Origin: a virus
Taxonomy: Duplodnaviria > Caudoviricetes
DNA length: 64,000 bases
Strand: one strand, 5' to 3'
Virus record (IMG/VR): IMGVR_UViG_3300020048_003360
Coordinates: 128,001-192,000 of that record
Below the pieces are notes generated by a model. That model had not been told where the DNA came from, did not search any database, and saw only the letters and a list, made by a program, of their open reading frames with translations. Positions within the stretch are counted from its first letter, which is position 1. Each line of letters opens with the position of its first letter. Shown here one piece after another: positions 1-9,312 of this stretch. The position numbers and the translations under genes were made by a program.

Positions 1-646
1 TATCGCGTACTCTACAAGGAAAATTATCATTCCTAAGACCACTTCTTACAGCATGTAAGTTATTACCTCTTGAAGAAGTCCATTGAAGGTTTCTTAGAGC
101 ATAATTTAGCTTATTTCCGTCTCTATGGTTAATAAAACAACAGTAACCAGGATTATCGTTTCTAACAAATGCCCTAGCAAGAAGAATGTGCGTACTAACG
201 CTTCTCCACTTACTCTTATCTGGATCATAAATATTGACGTATGGATACCCATATGGACCTATAGCTTCTTTTAGTGTTCTGCCGGTTTTACGTGACATCA
301 CTAAACCATCTTTATTTATAATAAACCCAGGAAAGCCGGGTATAAGTCTAAAATCGTCTGGATATTCTATTGGTGTTTTTATCACCATTAAATAACCACA
401 CTTAAGACCAATGACTTTTGATCTACACTCGATAAAACTAATTTTTGAAACTTCACTGTATGACAAATCAACTTCATAGTGCGCTATTAATCCTAACCAC
501 CTTTTATTAAGTATCTGGTTAACAGAATCAATTACTATACTTATTAAGTTAGGATCACCATAACAATTGGTTTGATTATTGATATTACAATTACCATCAA
601 AATCAAACATATATTGTTCATTAAGAAATAATTTTTTTAGCTCCAT
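1..646 (-). CDS. Intron-encoded HNH homing endonuclease (NUMOD4/HNH type), 3' end outside window
   Basis: Manually translated from ATG at 646 (GGAG SD upstream): MELKKLFLNEQ...FRLIPGFPGFIINKDGLVMS...GPYGYPYVNIY...STHILLARAFV...INHRDGNKLNYALRNLQWTSSRGNNLHAV. Open to the window edge; not in the ORF track. Confidence 0.88.
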   Translation of the reverse strand, partial: MELKKLFLNEQYMFDFDGNCNINNQTNCYGDPNLISIVIDSVNQILNKRWLGLIAHYEVDLSYSEVSKISFIECRSKVIGLKCGYLMVIKTPIEYPDDFRLIPGFPGFIINKDGLVMSRKTGRTLKEAIGPYGYPYVNIYDPDKSKWRSVSTHILLARAFVRNDNPGYCCFINHRDGNKLNYALRNLQWTSSRGNNLHAVRSGLRNDNFPCRVRD

Positions 647-680
647 TGTACTTACTCCATGTTAGTCATAGAATGTACAA
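646..680 (-). promoter_or_regulatory. Hairpin sequestering the HNH Shine-Dalgarno
   Basis: TTGTAC-ATTCTATG-[ACTAA]-CATGGAGT-AA-GTACAA(TG): a 14-bp stem with G.U pairs and a 2-nt bulge covering GGAG and the A of AUG. Confidence 0.6.
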
Positions 681-700
681 CAGAACAATACTCACAGTTA

Positions 701-1612
701 ATCGCCAACTCCTGCACTAACGTCACCAGTAATGTAGAATTTAATATTGAGAGTATCGATAGCTAATGCCTCGCCATCAATACGATAACTCTCATCTACT
801 TGACCTGTAAAGGCTTTTTTACCAATGGCTTTATTACGCTTAGCTAGTAGTTTATTTGTAGTGGTAGTTAGTTCCCTTAAAGATTGAGACATGTCTTCAA
901 GATCACCATGATAGAAAATCTCTATCTTTTCTACCACACCAGTAGCTTTTGCTTGTGGTGTCATTGCACTGAGTATGCGTAAAGTATCTATAGATTCTTT
1001 ATCAAACAAATTAGATTCAGCTGACACAGCATCTTCAATGATGCACAAAATATCTTCTGAAGATACATCAGCACCTACTTTTACTAAGTTATGTATGCTT
1101 TGTTTAAAATCTACAATTACGTTCTTTACTTTAGTAGTTTTAGTACTCAGTAGTGCGGCTGTCTTAAGAGAAATAGATGAACAATCCTCAAACGTAGCTG
1201 AGGACTCCATCAGTGCTGTTTTAACAATAATACCTGACTTCATTACTATATTACTGGGATTCAGTAAATCTTTTTCAAAAAAGTTACTATTAAATGAAAT
1301 AATATCACCTTCTTTAAATTTCTGACCTTCTTTCATCTCAGTAATTAGTTGATGCGGTATCGTTAAACCAGCTGCTGATCCAAATCTTCTACCTAATTCA
1401 TAACCTATTTCGCTACCGTCTTCATAGATTACTATAATGCCAGTATCTGTGATTTGTTTTACCTTACCACCGCTAGTGGCTGCTACGGCAAACATATCGC
1501 CAGTACGTTGTGCTATTACCTGTTCATATCCAGTACGCACCATACCTTGTCTATATCCAGCTGCAGCTACTACATGACTATTTTGGATATTTATAAAATT
1601 TACTCTTTTTGG
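701..1612 (-). CDS. Virion RNA polymerase beta subunit (phiKZ gp178-like), exon 2
   Basis: PKRVNFINIQNSH...RTGYE...ALME..TFEDC...GVGD; continues exon 1 in frame after removing 1613-1953. Confidence 0.88.
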
Positions 1613-1953
1613 CGGTTTCTTCAATATGGTTCGTTAATCCATACCCGTGCACTAAAGCACTGCTCTAGCTTTCACTAGATGCCGAGACTATATCTTCACC
1701 TACTATTTAAATAGTTTAGGTGTTTCCTATTTCCACCCACTTGGGTGTACTGGCTGATAAAGCCATAGTCGTTGAACGTTTCTCATACTCTTTGAGGTTA
1801 GAGACTTCGCTGCTGATTGCCCATTGTACTATCTATTTCTTTTCAAACTATCGCATCTATCTTTTCAGATTACGCTGTAGTGAAATAGCTTTAGGGAGTT
1901 CCAGCAATTAAAGAAAATTCAATTAACCATTACTGATTAATCGGACCATAATA
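1613..1953 (-). mobile_element. Group I intron 1 (ORF-less, ~341 nt) in vRNAP beta gene
   Basis: P AATTGCTGGAACTC (~1896-1909), Q GGGCAATCAGCAGCGAAG (1805-1822), R ACGTTCAACGACTA (1766-1779), S AAGATATAGTCT (1685-1696). Terminal G at 1613; splicing gives SDMDD|PKRVNF. The 5' splice site could be 3 nt earlier. Confidence 0.92.
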
Positions 1954-4900
1954 ATCATCCATATCACTACCTGGTGCATTTAGTGCTGACGTACTCAATA
2001 GAGCAGTGGCACCACTTTCACCTACTGTATATCCCTTAGTCATACCTCTCAAATTAGTAAACTGTGGATCAGCACTGGTAAATGTATTTATAGCTACATC
2101 ACTACTATCTACAGTGGCCTCAGAAATAGTACCCATGTCATTTTTATGGTAGAGTCTAGTGCGTTTTGTCATACTGCGACTATTACGACCACCAGTACCA
2201 CTATAGGTAACAGCTTCAGTTTCTTTTAGATTCTGAATTGGATTAATATCATTTACAGTTACTACTGCCGGATCCTGACGTAGAGACATCCAAACTGCAT
2301 ACGGATTTAACTCAATTTGCTTATTACCCTTACCTGGTTTGGCATTATGCGCTCTAATTGCTTTAACCATTTCTGTATAGACTACACCAGCTACTCTTTC
2401 ATATCCTTTAATACGCATATGGCTGGGATCTAATTCATCTGGATGTTCTTCCGTTAACAGTAGTTCACAACTACGGATTAATAATCCATGGAATGTAGTG
2501 GGTTCTTTCATTTCCCGCAATAGTTCTTTAGTAATTGGATCAATAAACATCTGATACATCAGGTCTATTTCACGCAAATACTTAGTACTAGCACCATCTG
2601 TTTCTAATACATTCAAATAGACACTGGGTTTATCAAAGTCATATACACCATAGTCAATAATTGCTTTATGGTATTCATTGAATCCAGCCAGTATAATTGA
2701 TGCCTTCCTATCGTCTTTAGAAAATACTAGAGTCTCATCACTGAATACTAAAGAATATTCGTGTGATTCTAAATTCACTCTAGTGCCGGTATTCACACGT
2801 CTAGGCACCACACCCAGCAGCTTAATTAACCTACTCAAACCTAACTCATATCCTAAGATAATTCCAATCGGAATCTCTCTACCCATTACCTTAAGTTCAG
2901 CATGATCTACAGGTGCCTTCTTAGCATCTAGACCTAATAGATCTTCAATAGAGCAGAGATCTACCAAATCACCATTATTGCCAGTATATAATGCACCATC
3001 TGAATCCATTACTAAATAAATGTTAGTACCTAATGGACCAATGCCTTTTGTACTAGTAGTGGTATTTAAACCGACTATAATAGCACCATCTTTTTCATAT
3101 GCTTCAATGGCTTCTTTACCATATAGATCTAGACGTTCAGTATGGTCAAAATTAAGAACATATGTAGTTTCTTTACCAGTAATACCACTGTTAGCAGTAA
3201 AGCCCCTAAAGTTTTGAGCCAGTGAATTATACACTCTAGGTGCAGTAAATTGATTATCAAATACATTACCAGTATAGAGTTTAGTAATTGTTAGATTTGT
3301 ATTATCTAAACCCAATACAGTAATATTATTTTTTAACCATTGACAATAGTCATTTACTTTCTTATCACTCCTACTAATAAATGTTTTAGAGTAATAACTA
3401 GTAAGAGCTACGGTATCTGGAGATACCTTTCGTATAGGAAGGTCACCACGTTGCCTTCGTAACTTATACTTAACTCCATTAGACGTGTAAGTGCCGTCAC
3501 TACCAATTACCGGTAACTTATACCTCATTATAGAAGGCATACCTTCTACTGGTTTTACTTTGACAGTATAAAGTTCATAATCGCCCATTACGTCTTCTAC
3601 TACTTCTTTATCATATCCAGTTAATATAACTCCAGCATTCTGAATACTCACTACCATACCAGCAATATCTTTTTCTAATACATTAGAAATGTATTTTTTA
3701 TCAAAGTCATGTAAACTACTCTTTAGCATGCTCTTATCGATAACTGTAGGTATGTCTTTAAAACTATGTGATGATTCTATTTTTAAAGACTCTGGATTTA
3801 CATCAATAAACTTATCTAGAGTTTCCTTTCCATTTGGAGCTACAATACTACGATATGTTTTAGATAGTTCATTGAGTTTTTTATACTCACTAGCTGACAT
3901 CATCCCCATATCTGCCAGTCTATCACATACTCGTAATACACCATCTTCTAGTGTAGGCGCATCTCCTACTATTACTATATCTTCTATTTTATCTCCATCA
4001 TCATTCATGTCACCGTGGTGATTTATAGAGATAGTTTCTAACTCAGATAATTCAGCTTCTATTTCCTTATCTAACTCATCATCAGCAGTAATAGTTTCGT
4101 CTACATCTACTTCAGTTGTATAATCTATTTCCTCACTGCTATCGTCAGTAATCTCCTGACCACTACTTTGAGCAATTATTGCCTTATCTATATCCTTAGC
4201 TATAGTAGTACTATTATTTACTTCTGGTATAGTTACATCTTGTTTTATTACAGTAGTTTTAATAGTATCTATCTTAGATTTCTTAGCTAACTTAGCTGCA
4301 GCTGTTCTCACCTGGAATAGAGCCATCATAAGACGCAGGAAACGCATCTGTAGTTGCTTTGGATCAATACCCTTAGTGTTGGCATCGGGATTGAGTTCTA
4401 GCTCTTCCTTAGTGGCTACACGCCATCTATTTAGCCTACCTAAGTTTACTACAAAAAACTTACCTGACTCTTGAAAAATAATATTTACTTTATCTAATTT
4501 ATCATCTGGTACATTTGCTAATGCAGATTCTTTTCTATCCGGACCTACCCACTTCCACAACTCTAATAGACTTAGACTTTCAGGACTATTAAAGATCTTT
4601 ATGGTTTTTTGAGTAATGCCTTTACTGGCTAATCTTAAGTCAGCAATACTGGGTAAAATATTTGGTAGATTATACAAAATAAACTGATTTCTGTCAACTT
4701 GACCCGCTACTTCGGCTATTTTCTTCCATACAGCAGTTTCAGTATTCCACCATTTATAGTAAGCAGTATAATAAGACCGTAAATATCTATAAAGTCTAGG
4801 AATTACTCCATAATTAAATATAACCAGAGTATTAGCATCTTTACACGCATTAGTTAATTCTCGCATAATCCGAAATCTACGATGCTTAATGTGGTACGTA

Positions 4901-5175
4901 CGTATCATAGTGCCAGACGCTACTGACAATGGTCTGGGGTTACCTTTATTATCTCCATTTTCGATTACATGATCCATCATAATTGGACGAGTAATATTCC
5001 TAAAAATAAACTCATCAGAAGCAGGTCCTACTTCTACTGGAGATACTGTAACATAATGCAATATTGATTGTTTGGGTAATGATAATAGTTCTAAGTTTGT
5101 TAACGGAGGCGACAGCAATTGACCAGCCACCCGTATGCCGTATTTTAAATAAAACTGTTGAAAGTACATACTCAT
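1954..5175 (-). CDS. Virion RNA polymerase beta subunit (phiKZ gp178-like), exon 1 (1074 aa)
   Basis: RRQRGDLPIRK, RIKGYER, VTYSGTGGRNSRSM, GTISEATVDSSDV motifs; sits next to beta' and a gp181-like gene as in phiKZ. Confidence 0.9.
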
Positions 5176-5186
5176 TTTTAATTCCT

Positions 5187-6878
5187 TTATTTAGTCAAAT
5201 TATGCATGACAAAATTCGTAGTATCGGTTCTAATAGATGACTTTAGTCTTCCATCTACACCTACGTAGGCTTCACGAGACGCTAAATAATTTTTCACCTC
5301 AGCTATAGACTCATCTGAATATAGTGCTGTAGCGCTACATACATCTCCGTCATAATCAGCTACCATGCCTTTTACTTTAGATGGATGTGGTACTAAGGAG
5401 TTTAGATATGATCCGGCTATTGGAAATGAATGCGCTACGTATTGTTTATCCATAACAGACCAGCTCTCTGATAGCTCTTTACGTACTTCAGACTTTACTG
5501 TGGTCCGTACATACATCATACTACAATACGTACTACCTACACCGGCAATTGGATACCTAGTCACAATCACTGGTACGTTTTTCAATCTCACATAGGTAGA
5601 TGCATATAGTAGTTCACAAAACGTCAATGGATATACATCTGACTTATCCATACCCTCTGGTAACTCATCTATATCCTGCATTAGTTTAAAAGTCATATCT
5701 GGACCTTTATATATCAATCCCATATAGTGACCTTCTATTTCCAATGGTAAGTCTCTTAGTCTTTCTTCTTGAAAACTAGTAATGATCTTTTCAATACCTT
5801 CATCTGTCATCCACTTATCAAAATATCTGGTATTCAATACTACATTTTCAGACTTCAGTGTTTTCTTATTTACTAGCTTCACTGGCATATTCGGAGCAAT
5901 AAATACCTTCGATAAGAAACCAGTTTTAATATGGTATCTAGCTACTGGCATTATAGACTTTAATGCCTGATATAATCCCATTACCGTATTGTTTACACCC
6001 ACTGCACCATCACTACCTAAAATAGGCATACTGGTATCCATAGATGTAATTACATTTCTAGTACCATTAAACACTCTACGTGATGCCCATTTACCCAATA
6101 GTAGTTTTTTCTTTCCTTTTACCATATCTATAATCTGGTCATAGATGGCATTAAAAGTCATTTGTAAACCCAATCTACTATTATTTATCAATTCAGTATT
6201 TGATCTTAAATTAGCATCACTAATACCATTACTAATAGATAGTAGTTTTCTATATAGGGTATTTATTTCATCTGTTTCATTCCTACCATCATCTCCAATC
6301 TCCATATCCCTCAATCCAGCAGGCATCACTACTACTTTACTAGTAGTAGCTATTTTTTTATGTTTTTCTATTAATTCAATATTCTGTTCTCTTTCTACAC
6401 TATTGTTTTTCTTAAATACAATATCTTCCCAATATTGCATAAAGTAAGCAAATCCACTCTTACCACTCAATGGATTACTTCTTTCAAAGTCTTTAATTTC
6501 GTCATTCCACAATACATATTCGCTACCATTAATAATTCCACCATATAGTCTTTTTAAATCTACCAATGCATTATAGATTACTGGATGAAATATTGGTACT
6601 TTAATATCGATATAGGAGAATCTACGGTTACGTAATTCATCACCTACCTTACCAAAGATCTCTGGTGAATATAGTCCATCTGGATGAAATACATTTGTAT
6701 TACCTACAAAATCATCTAGAGTAGATATTTTTCTAATACTACGTAATTTCTCAGGAGTTAAGTTAAGTAAAGAAATATTAAATGGTATATCTAATTTAGT
6801 GGACATAGTCTCAGTCTCTGTGTAATGGGTCATAGCATTGGAGATAGATGTAAATAATCTATTTTTACTATACGGCAT
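5187..6878 (-). CDS. Virion RNA polymerase beta' subunit part (phiKZ gp180-like)
   Basis: HPDGLYSPEIFG, RRVFNGTRNVI, catalytic-type ADYDGD motif. The true start may be the later Met (MSTKLDIP). Confidence 0.9.
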   Translation of the reverse strand: MPYSKNRLFTSISNAMTHYTETETMSTKLDIPFNISLLNLTPEKLRSIRKISTLDDFVGNTNVFHPDGLYSPEIFGKVGDELRNRRFSYIDIKVPIFHPVIYNALVDLKRLYGGIINGSEYVLWNDEIKDFERSNPLSGKSGFAYFMQYWEDIVFKKNNSVEREQNIELIEKHKKIATTSKVVVMPAGLRDMEIGDDGRNETDEINTLYRKLLSISNGISDANLRSNTELINNSRLGLQMTFNAIYDQIIDMVKGKKKLLLGKWASRRVFNGTRNVITSMDTSMPILGSDGAVGVNNTVMGLYQALKSIMPVARYHIKTGFLSKVFIAPNMPVKLVNKKTLKSENVVLNTRYFDKWMTDEGIEKIITSFQEERLRDLPLEIEGHYMGLIYKGPDMTFKLMQDIDELPEGMDKSDVYPLTFCELLYASTYVRLKNVPVIVTRYPIAGVGSTYCSMMYVRTTVKSEVRKELSESWSVMDKQYVAHSFPIAGSYLNSLVPHPSKVKGMVADYDGDVCSATALYSDESIAEVKNYLASREAYVGVDGRLKSSIRTDTTNFVMHNLTK

Positions 6879-7150
6879 AATAGCCTGAAATTATGTCAGG
6901 CTATTATTATGTTTATTCTAAATAATAAAGATTAATTTTCAGTAAGATCGCTTCGCTCACTGTTTGGAACCCCAATCCCCTTAACTAGACTATTTTTTCT
7001 TTATCTTAGAGTATTAGATTAATAGATATAAATATTTAATCACAATCATCTAACGGGAGTGCAGCCTAGGCATGTGACCAGGCAAGATTCACATACGCAT
7101 ATAAAGTATAACTCAAGTATTTTTTATTTTTTAAATAAAGAAAAAAATAA

Positions 7151-7172
7151 AGATCCCAATACTACAGGATCT
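7151..7172 (-). terminator. Probable intrinsic terminator of early cassette
   Basis: AGATCC/GGATCT stem followed by a long U tract on the minus strand, after 7196..8068. Confidence 0.45.
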
Positions 7173-7195
7173 CTATTTACTTAAACCAACTAATA

Positions 7196-8068
7196 TTACC
7201 AGCTTATTGGTCTATGATATCCGTACTTCCGTTGTTGCTCAGAAAACCAGGCTGGTGTTACACTATCAGCCATACCAACTACATGGGGTTGATAATTTAC
7301 TACATCATTTCCCCATTTATAAAGTATAGGACCACGTACTATTTTCACATAGGCTCCATATTCCACATTGCGAAATCTATCATAGGTTTTTATAAAATCA
7401 AAAAATTCTATAAAATTTTGAAATTCTGGAGTATTTAGAAATGCTGCAGAATACACAAAATTCCAGCGATGTATATCACCATTTACTACCGGTATCATTT
7501 TCTTTAGCATCTCTGGTATTTTTTGATTAACATTTACAAAAGCAAAAACATTTATATGTATGGAAATTCTAAATTCAATAGGAATGTCATCATTGAGTTT
7601 ACAAATATCTATACTTTGCTCCGCATATCCTCTCACATCTGAAGACTCGTGGTTTTGACCAACAGTACTACTTTTCGCCTCGTCAATCAATGAGCTTAGT
7701 TTTGCTACTTGGTCTTTCAATATCGACCACTGTAACGCAATCTCAACCCTCTTAGTTTCCTCTAAACTAGGAGTGAGATTAAAGTTTTTGTTTGTATTTC
7801 CTTTGATATCGGCCCTTAGGAGTGCTTCCTCGTTTGGATCGATAAAGTCTTTGGTTAATGCTACCACTTTAATATCGCATTTAGACCAATGTCTGTCCAC
7901 CACCATAATTTCTCGGGGACTAGCACTCTCATTAGCACCAATGACAATATCGTCAGGCAACAGATCCTTAGTAGCTATCTTCATTCTGAGGTAGCCTGTA
8001 TCGCTCATAAGCGTTGCGTTTCCCAACTCCACTACAGCTTTTGCGTAAGTCATCTTAATTCCTTTCAT
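7196..8068 (-). CDS. Hypothetical early protein; N-terminal domain paralogous to 8311..8592
   Basis: 290-aa ORF; shares the L.PDD.VI...V.RHW..C...V.L motif. Confidence 0.8.
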   Translation of the reverse strand: MKGIKMTYAKAVVELGNATLMSDTGYLRMKIATKDLLPDDIVIGANESASPREIMVVDRHWSKCDIKVVALTKDFIDPNEEALLRADIKGNTNKNFNLTPSLEETKRVEIALQWSILKDQVAKLSSLIDEAKSSTVGQNHESSDVRGYAEQSIDICKLNDDIPIEFRISIHINVFAFVNVNQKIPEMLKKMIPVVNGDIHRWNFVYSAAFLNTPEFQNFIEFFDFIKTYDRFRNVEYGAYVKIVRGPILYKWGNDVVNYQPHVVGMADSVTPAWFSEQQRKYGYHRPISW

Positions 8069-8079
8069 TTAGTTAAAAT

Positions 8080-8262
8080 TTACTGGATAACATCTTTACC
8101 GCTAATCGCATCTACAAATTTCAAGCCATAGGCTTTTATAGTTGGGGCAATACCAGCTATAAATAGATTTCGTTCTTTTAGAAACTCTTGTTTAGCCCGA
8201 AGCCTCTCTAATAAGGCATCTAATTCTTCGATTGAAAGTGTGCTAATATCGCAGTCCATCAT
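8080..8262 (-). CDS. Small hypothetical protein
   Basis: 60-aa ORF with GAGG SD; N-terminal helical LSIEELDALLERL segment. Confidence 0.65.
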   Translation of the reverse strand: MMDCDISTLSIEELDALLERLRAKQEFLKERNLFIAGIAPTIKAYGLKFVDAISGKDVIQ

Positions 8263-8278
8263 GATATTCCTCTACTAT

Positions 8279-8303
8279 GGGATCCAGAATCTTTCTGGAT
8301 CCC
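8279..8303. terminator. Perfect 10-bp hairpin between early genes
   Basis: GGGATCCAGA-ATCTT-TCTGGATCCC; no clear U tract, so terminator or processing site. Confidence 0.45.
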
Positions 8304-8310
8304 TAGTTTG

Positions 8311-8592
8311 TTAATCTACCTCAGTCCTACGCTCTACTGGCATAGTAGGAGGATCAATACCCTCCCTAAATTTAGGTTGAGGATTAACCTCACCCAACAG
8401 CTCAACAATCTGCAGTTCACACTGCGTCCAGTGTCTACTAATGACGATCGTGCCGTCAGGAGTAGATGCGGGAGTAATAACTACGTCATCGGGTTTTAAC
8501 CATGACGCTTTTACCCGCATTTGGAAACTGTTGGTTTCCGGTACGTATGTTGTTCCTGGAGGGGATATTGCGATTACTTTGAATCGTGCCAT
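8311..8592 (-). CDS. Hypothetical early protein (paralog of 7196..8068 N-domain)
   Basis: 93 aa, AAGGAG SD, directly behind a TATATTAC promoter. Confidence 0.8.
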   Translation of the reverse strand: MARFKVIAISPPGTTYVPETNSFQMRVKASWLKPDDVVITPASTPDGTIVISRHWTQCELQIVELLGEVNPQPKFREGIDPPTMPVERRTEVD

Positions 8593-8639
8593 TTTGACGC
8601 TCCTTAAGGTTAAAATAAGTAATTCTAGAGAATACTACA

Positions 8640-8676
8640 TATAGGTAATATATGTTTATAATATTCTAGAATCACA
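8640..8676 (-). promoter_or_regulatory. phiKZ-type early (virion RNAP) promoter
   Basis: TATAAACATATATTACCTATAT; TATATTAC at 8645-8652. Confidence 0.75.
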
Positions 8677-8706
8677 CATTTAGTATAATAAATAAAAAAA
8701 AAATAA

Positions 8707-8724
8707 GTACCCAGTTACGGGTAC
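8707..8724 (-). terminator. Intrinsic terminator after 8764..9123
   Basis: GTACCC/GGGTAC stem followed by a U-rich tract on the minus strand. Confidence 0.55.
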
Positions 8725-8763
8725 TCTCTCCCAACTAAAACATCTAGTGGGGAGGCGATACGA

Positions 8764-9123
8764 CTAACCCTTGTACATCCGCTCTTCCGAGCGGATTTCC
8801 TTTCTTTCTTCGTGGCGCAGTTTCTGCGCCTCTTTCTTGAGGGATAACTCGTCGGCCCGAAGGCCTTGAACCATCGCCACCAGTTCAGAAAACATCGGGG
8901 CCAACGTCTTGTATATCTCGGGGATTTCCCCCGCCTCGTACTCCAACTGGATCTCGACGGCGTCGAGATTGAAATTAATATCCTTAGCCGCAGATACTTC
9001 AGTCCGATCAAGTTCTGGGACTTCCAACTTAACCCCATTGCGGGCCGTTACTAACACCGGCGTGGTGCCGCTCTCTACCTTTACGTTGATAGAGAAACTG
9101 CCCAGTTTGAAATTGGTTTTCAT
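8764..9123 (-). CDS. Hypothetical GC-rich early protein
   Basis: 119 aa, TAGGAG SD, own promoter and terminator, basic/acidic helical C-terminus. Confidence 0.8.
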   Translation of the reverse strand: MKTNFKLGSFSINVKVESGTTPVLVTARNGVKLEVPELDRTEVSAAKDINFNLDAVEIQLEYEAGEIPEIYKTLAPMFSELVAMVQGLRADELSLKKEAQKLRHEERKEIRSEERMYKG

Positions 9124-9206
9124 GCTACACTCCTATATTTGCTATTCACCCGTAGCACGGGTTGGTCATTTGACCTTAAGAACATACATTATTGTAATGT
9201 CCTCAC

Positions 9207-9240
9207 TTTAGTTATATGTGACTGAAAAAATCTGGAATCA
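9207..9240 (-). promoter_or_regulatory. Early promoter variant
   Basis: TTTTTTCAGTCACATATAACTAAAG; near-identical copy at 44556-44580. Confidence 0.7.
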
Positions 9241-9312
9241 ACCATTTGCGTTACTTATAATAAATAATAATCCTAAGTCGTTATTTTATGATCTAAAATA
9301 GGAGTACTCGTA

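Larger units (their letters stand above)
1..700 (-). mobile_element. Group I intron 2 of vRNAP beta gene (5' portion; core presumably left of window)
   Basis: Beta reading frame stops right after GVGD of the conserved GDK motif. The exon ends in U (GGCGAT|TAAC) and is followed by an HNH ORF. Confidence 0.8.

Noticed and set aside
698-1624. Standalone 308-aa gene starting MKKPP
   Set aside because: Its start lies inside intron 1; it is exon 2 of the beta gene.
6880-7190. Replication origin in an AT-rich intergenic region (CGCTTCGCTCACTG, ColE1-like)
   Set aside because: Only a short chance-level match; no iterons; consistent with promoter/terminator space.
8715-9038. 107-aa alternative-frame ORF
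   Set aside because: Overlaps 8764..9123, which has the SD and promoter; open only because of local GC richness.
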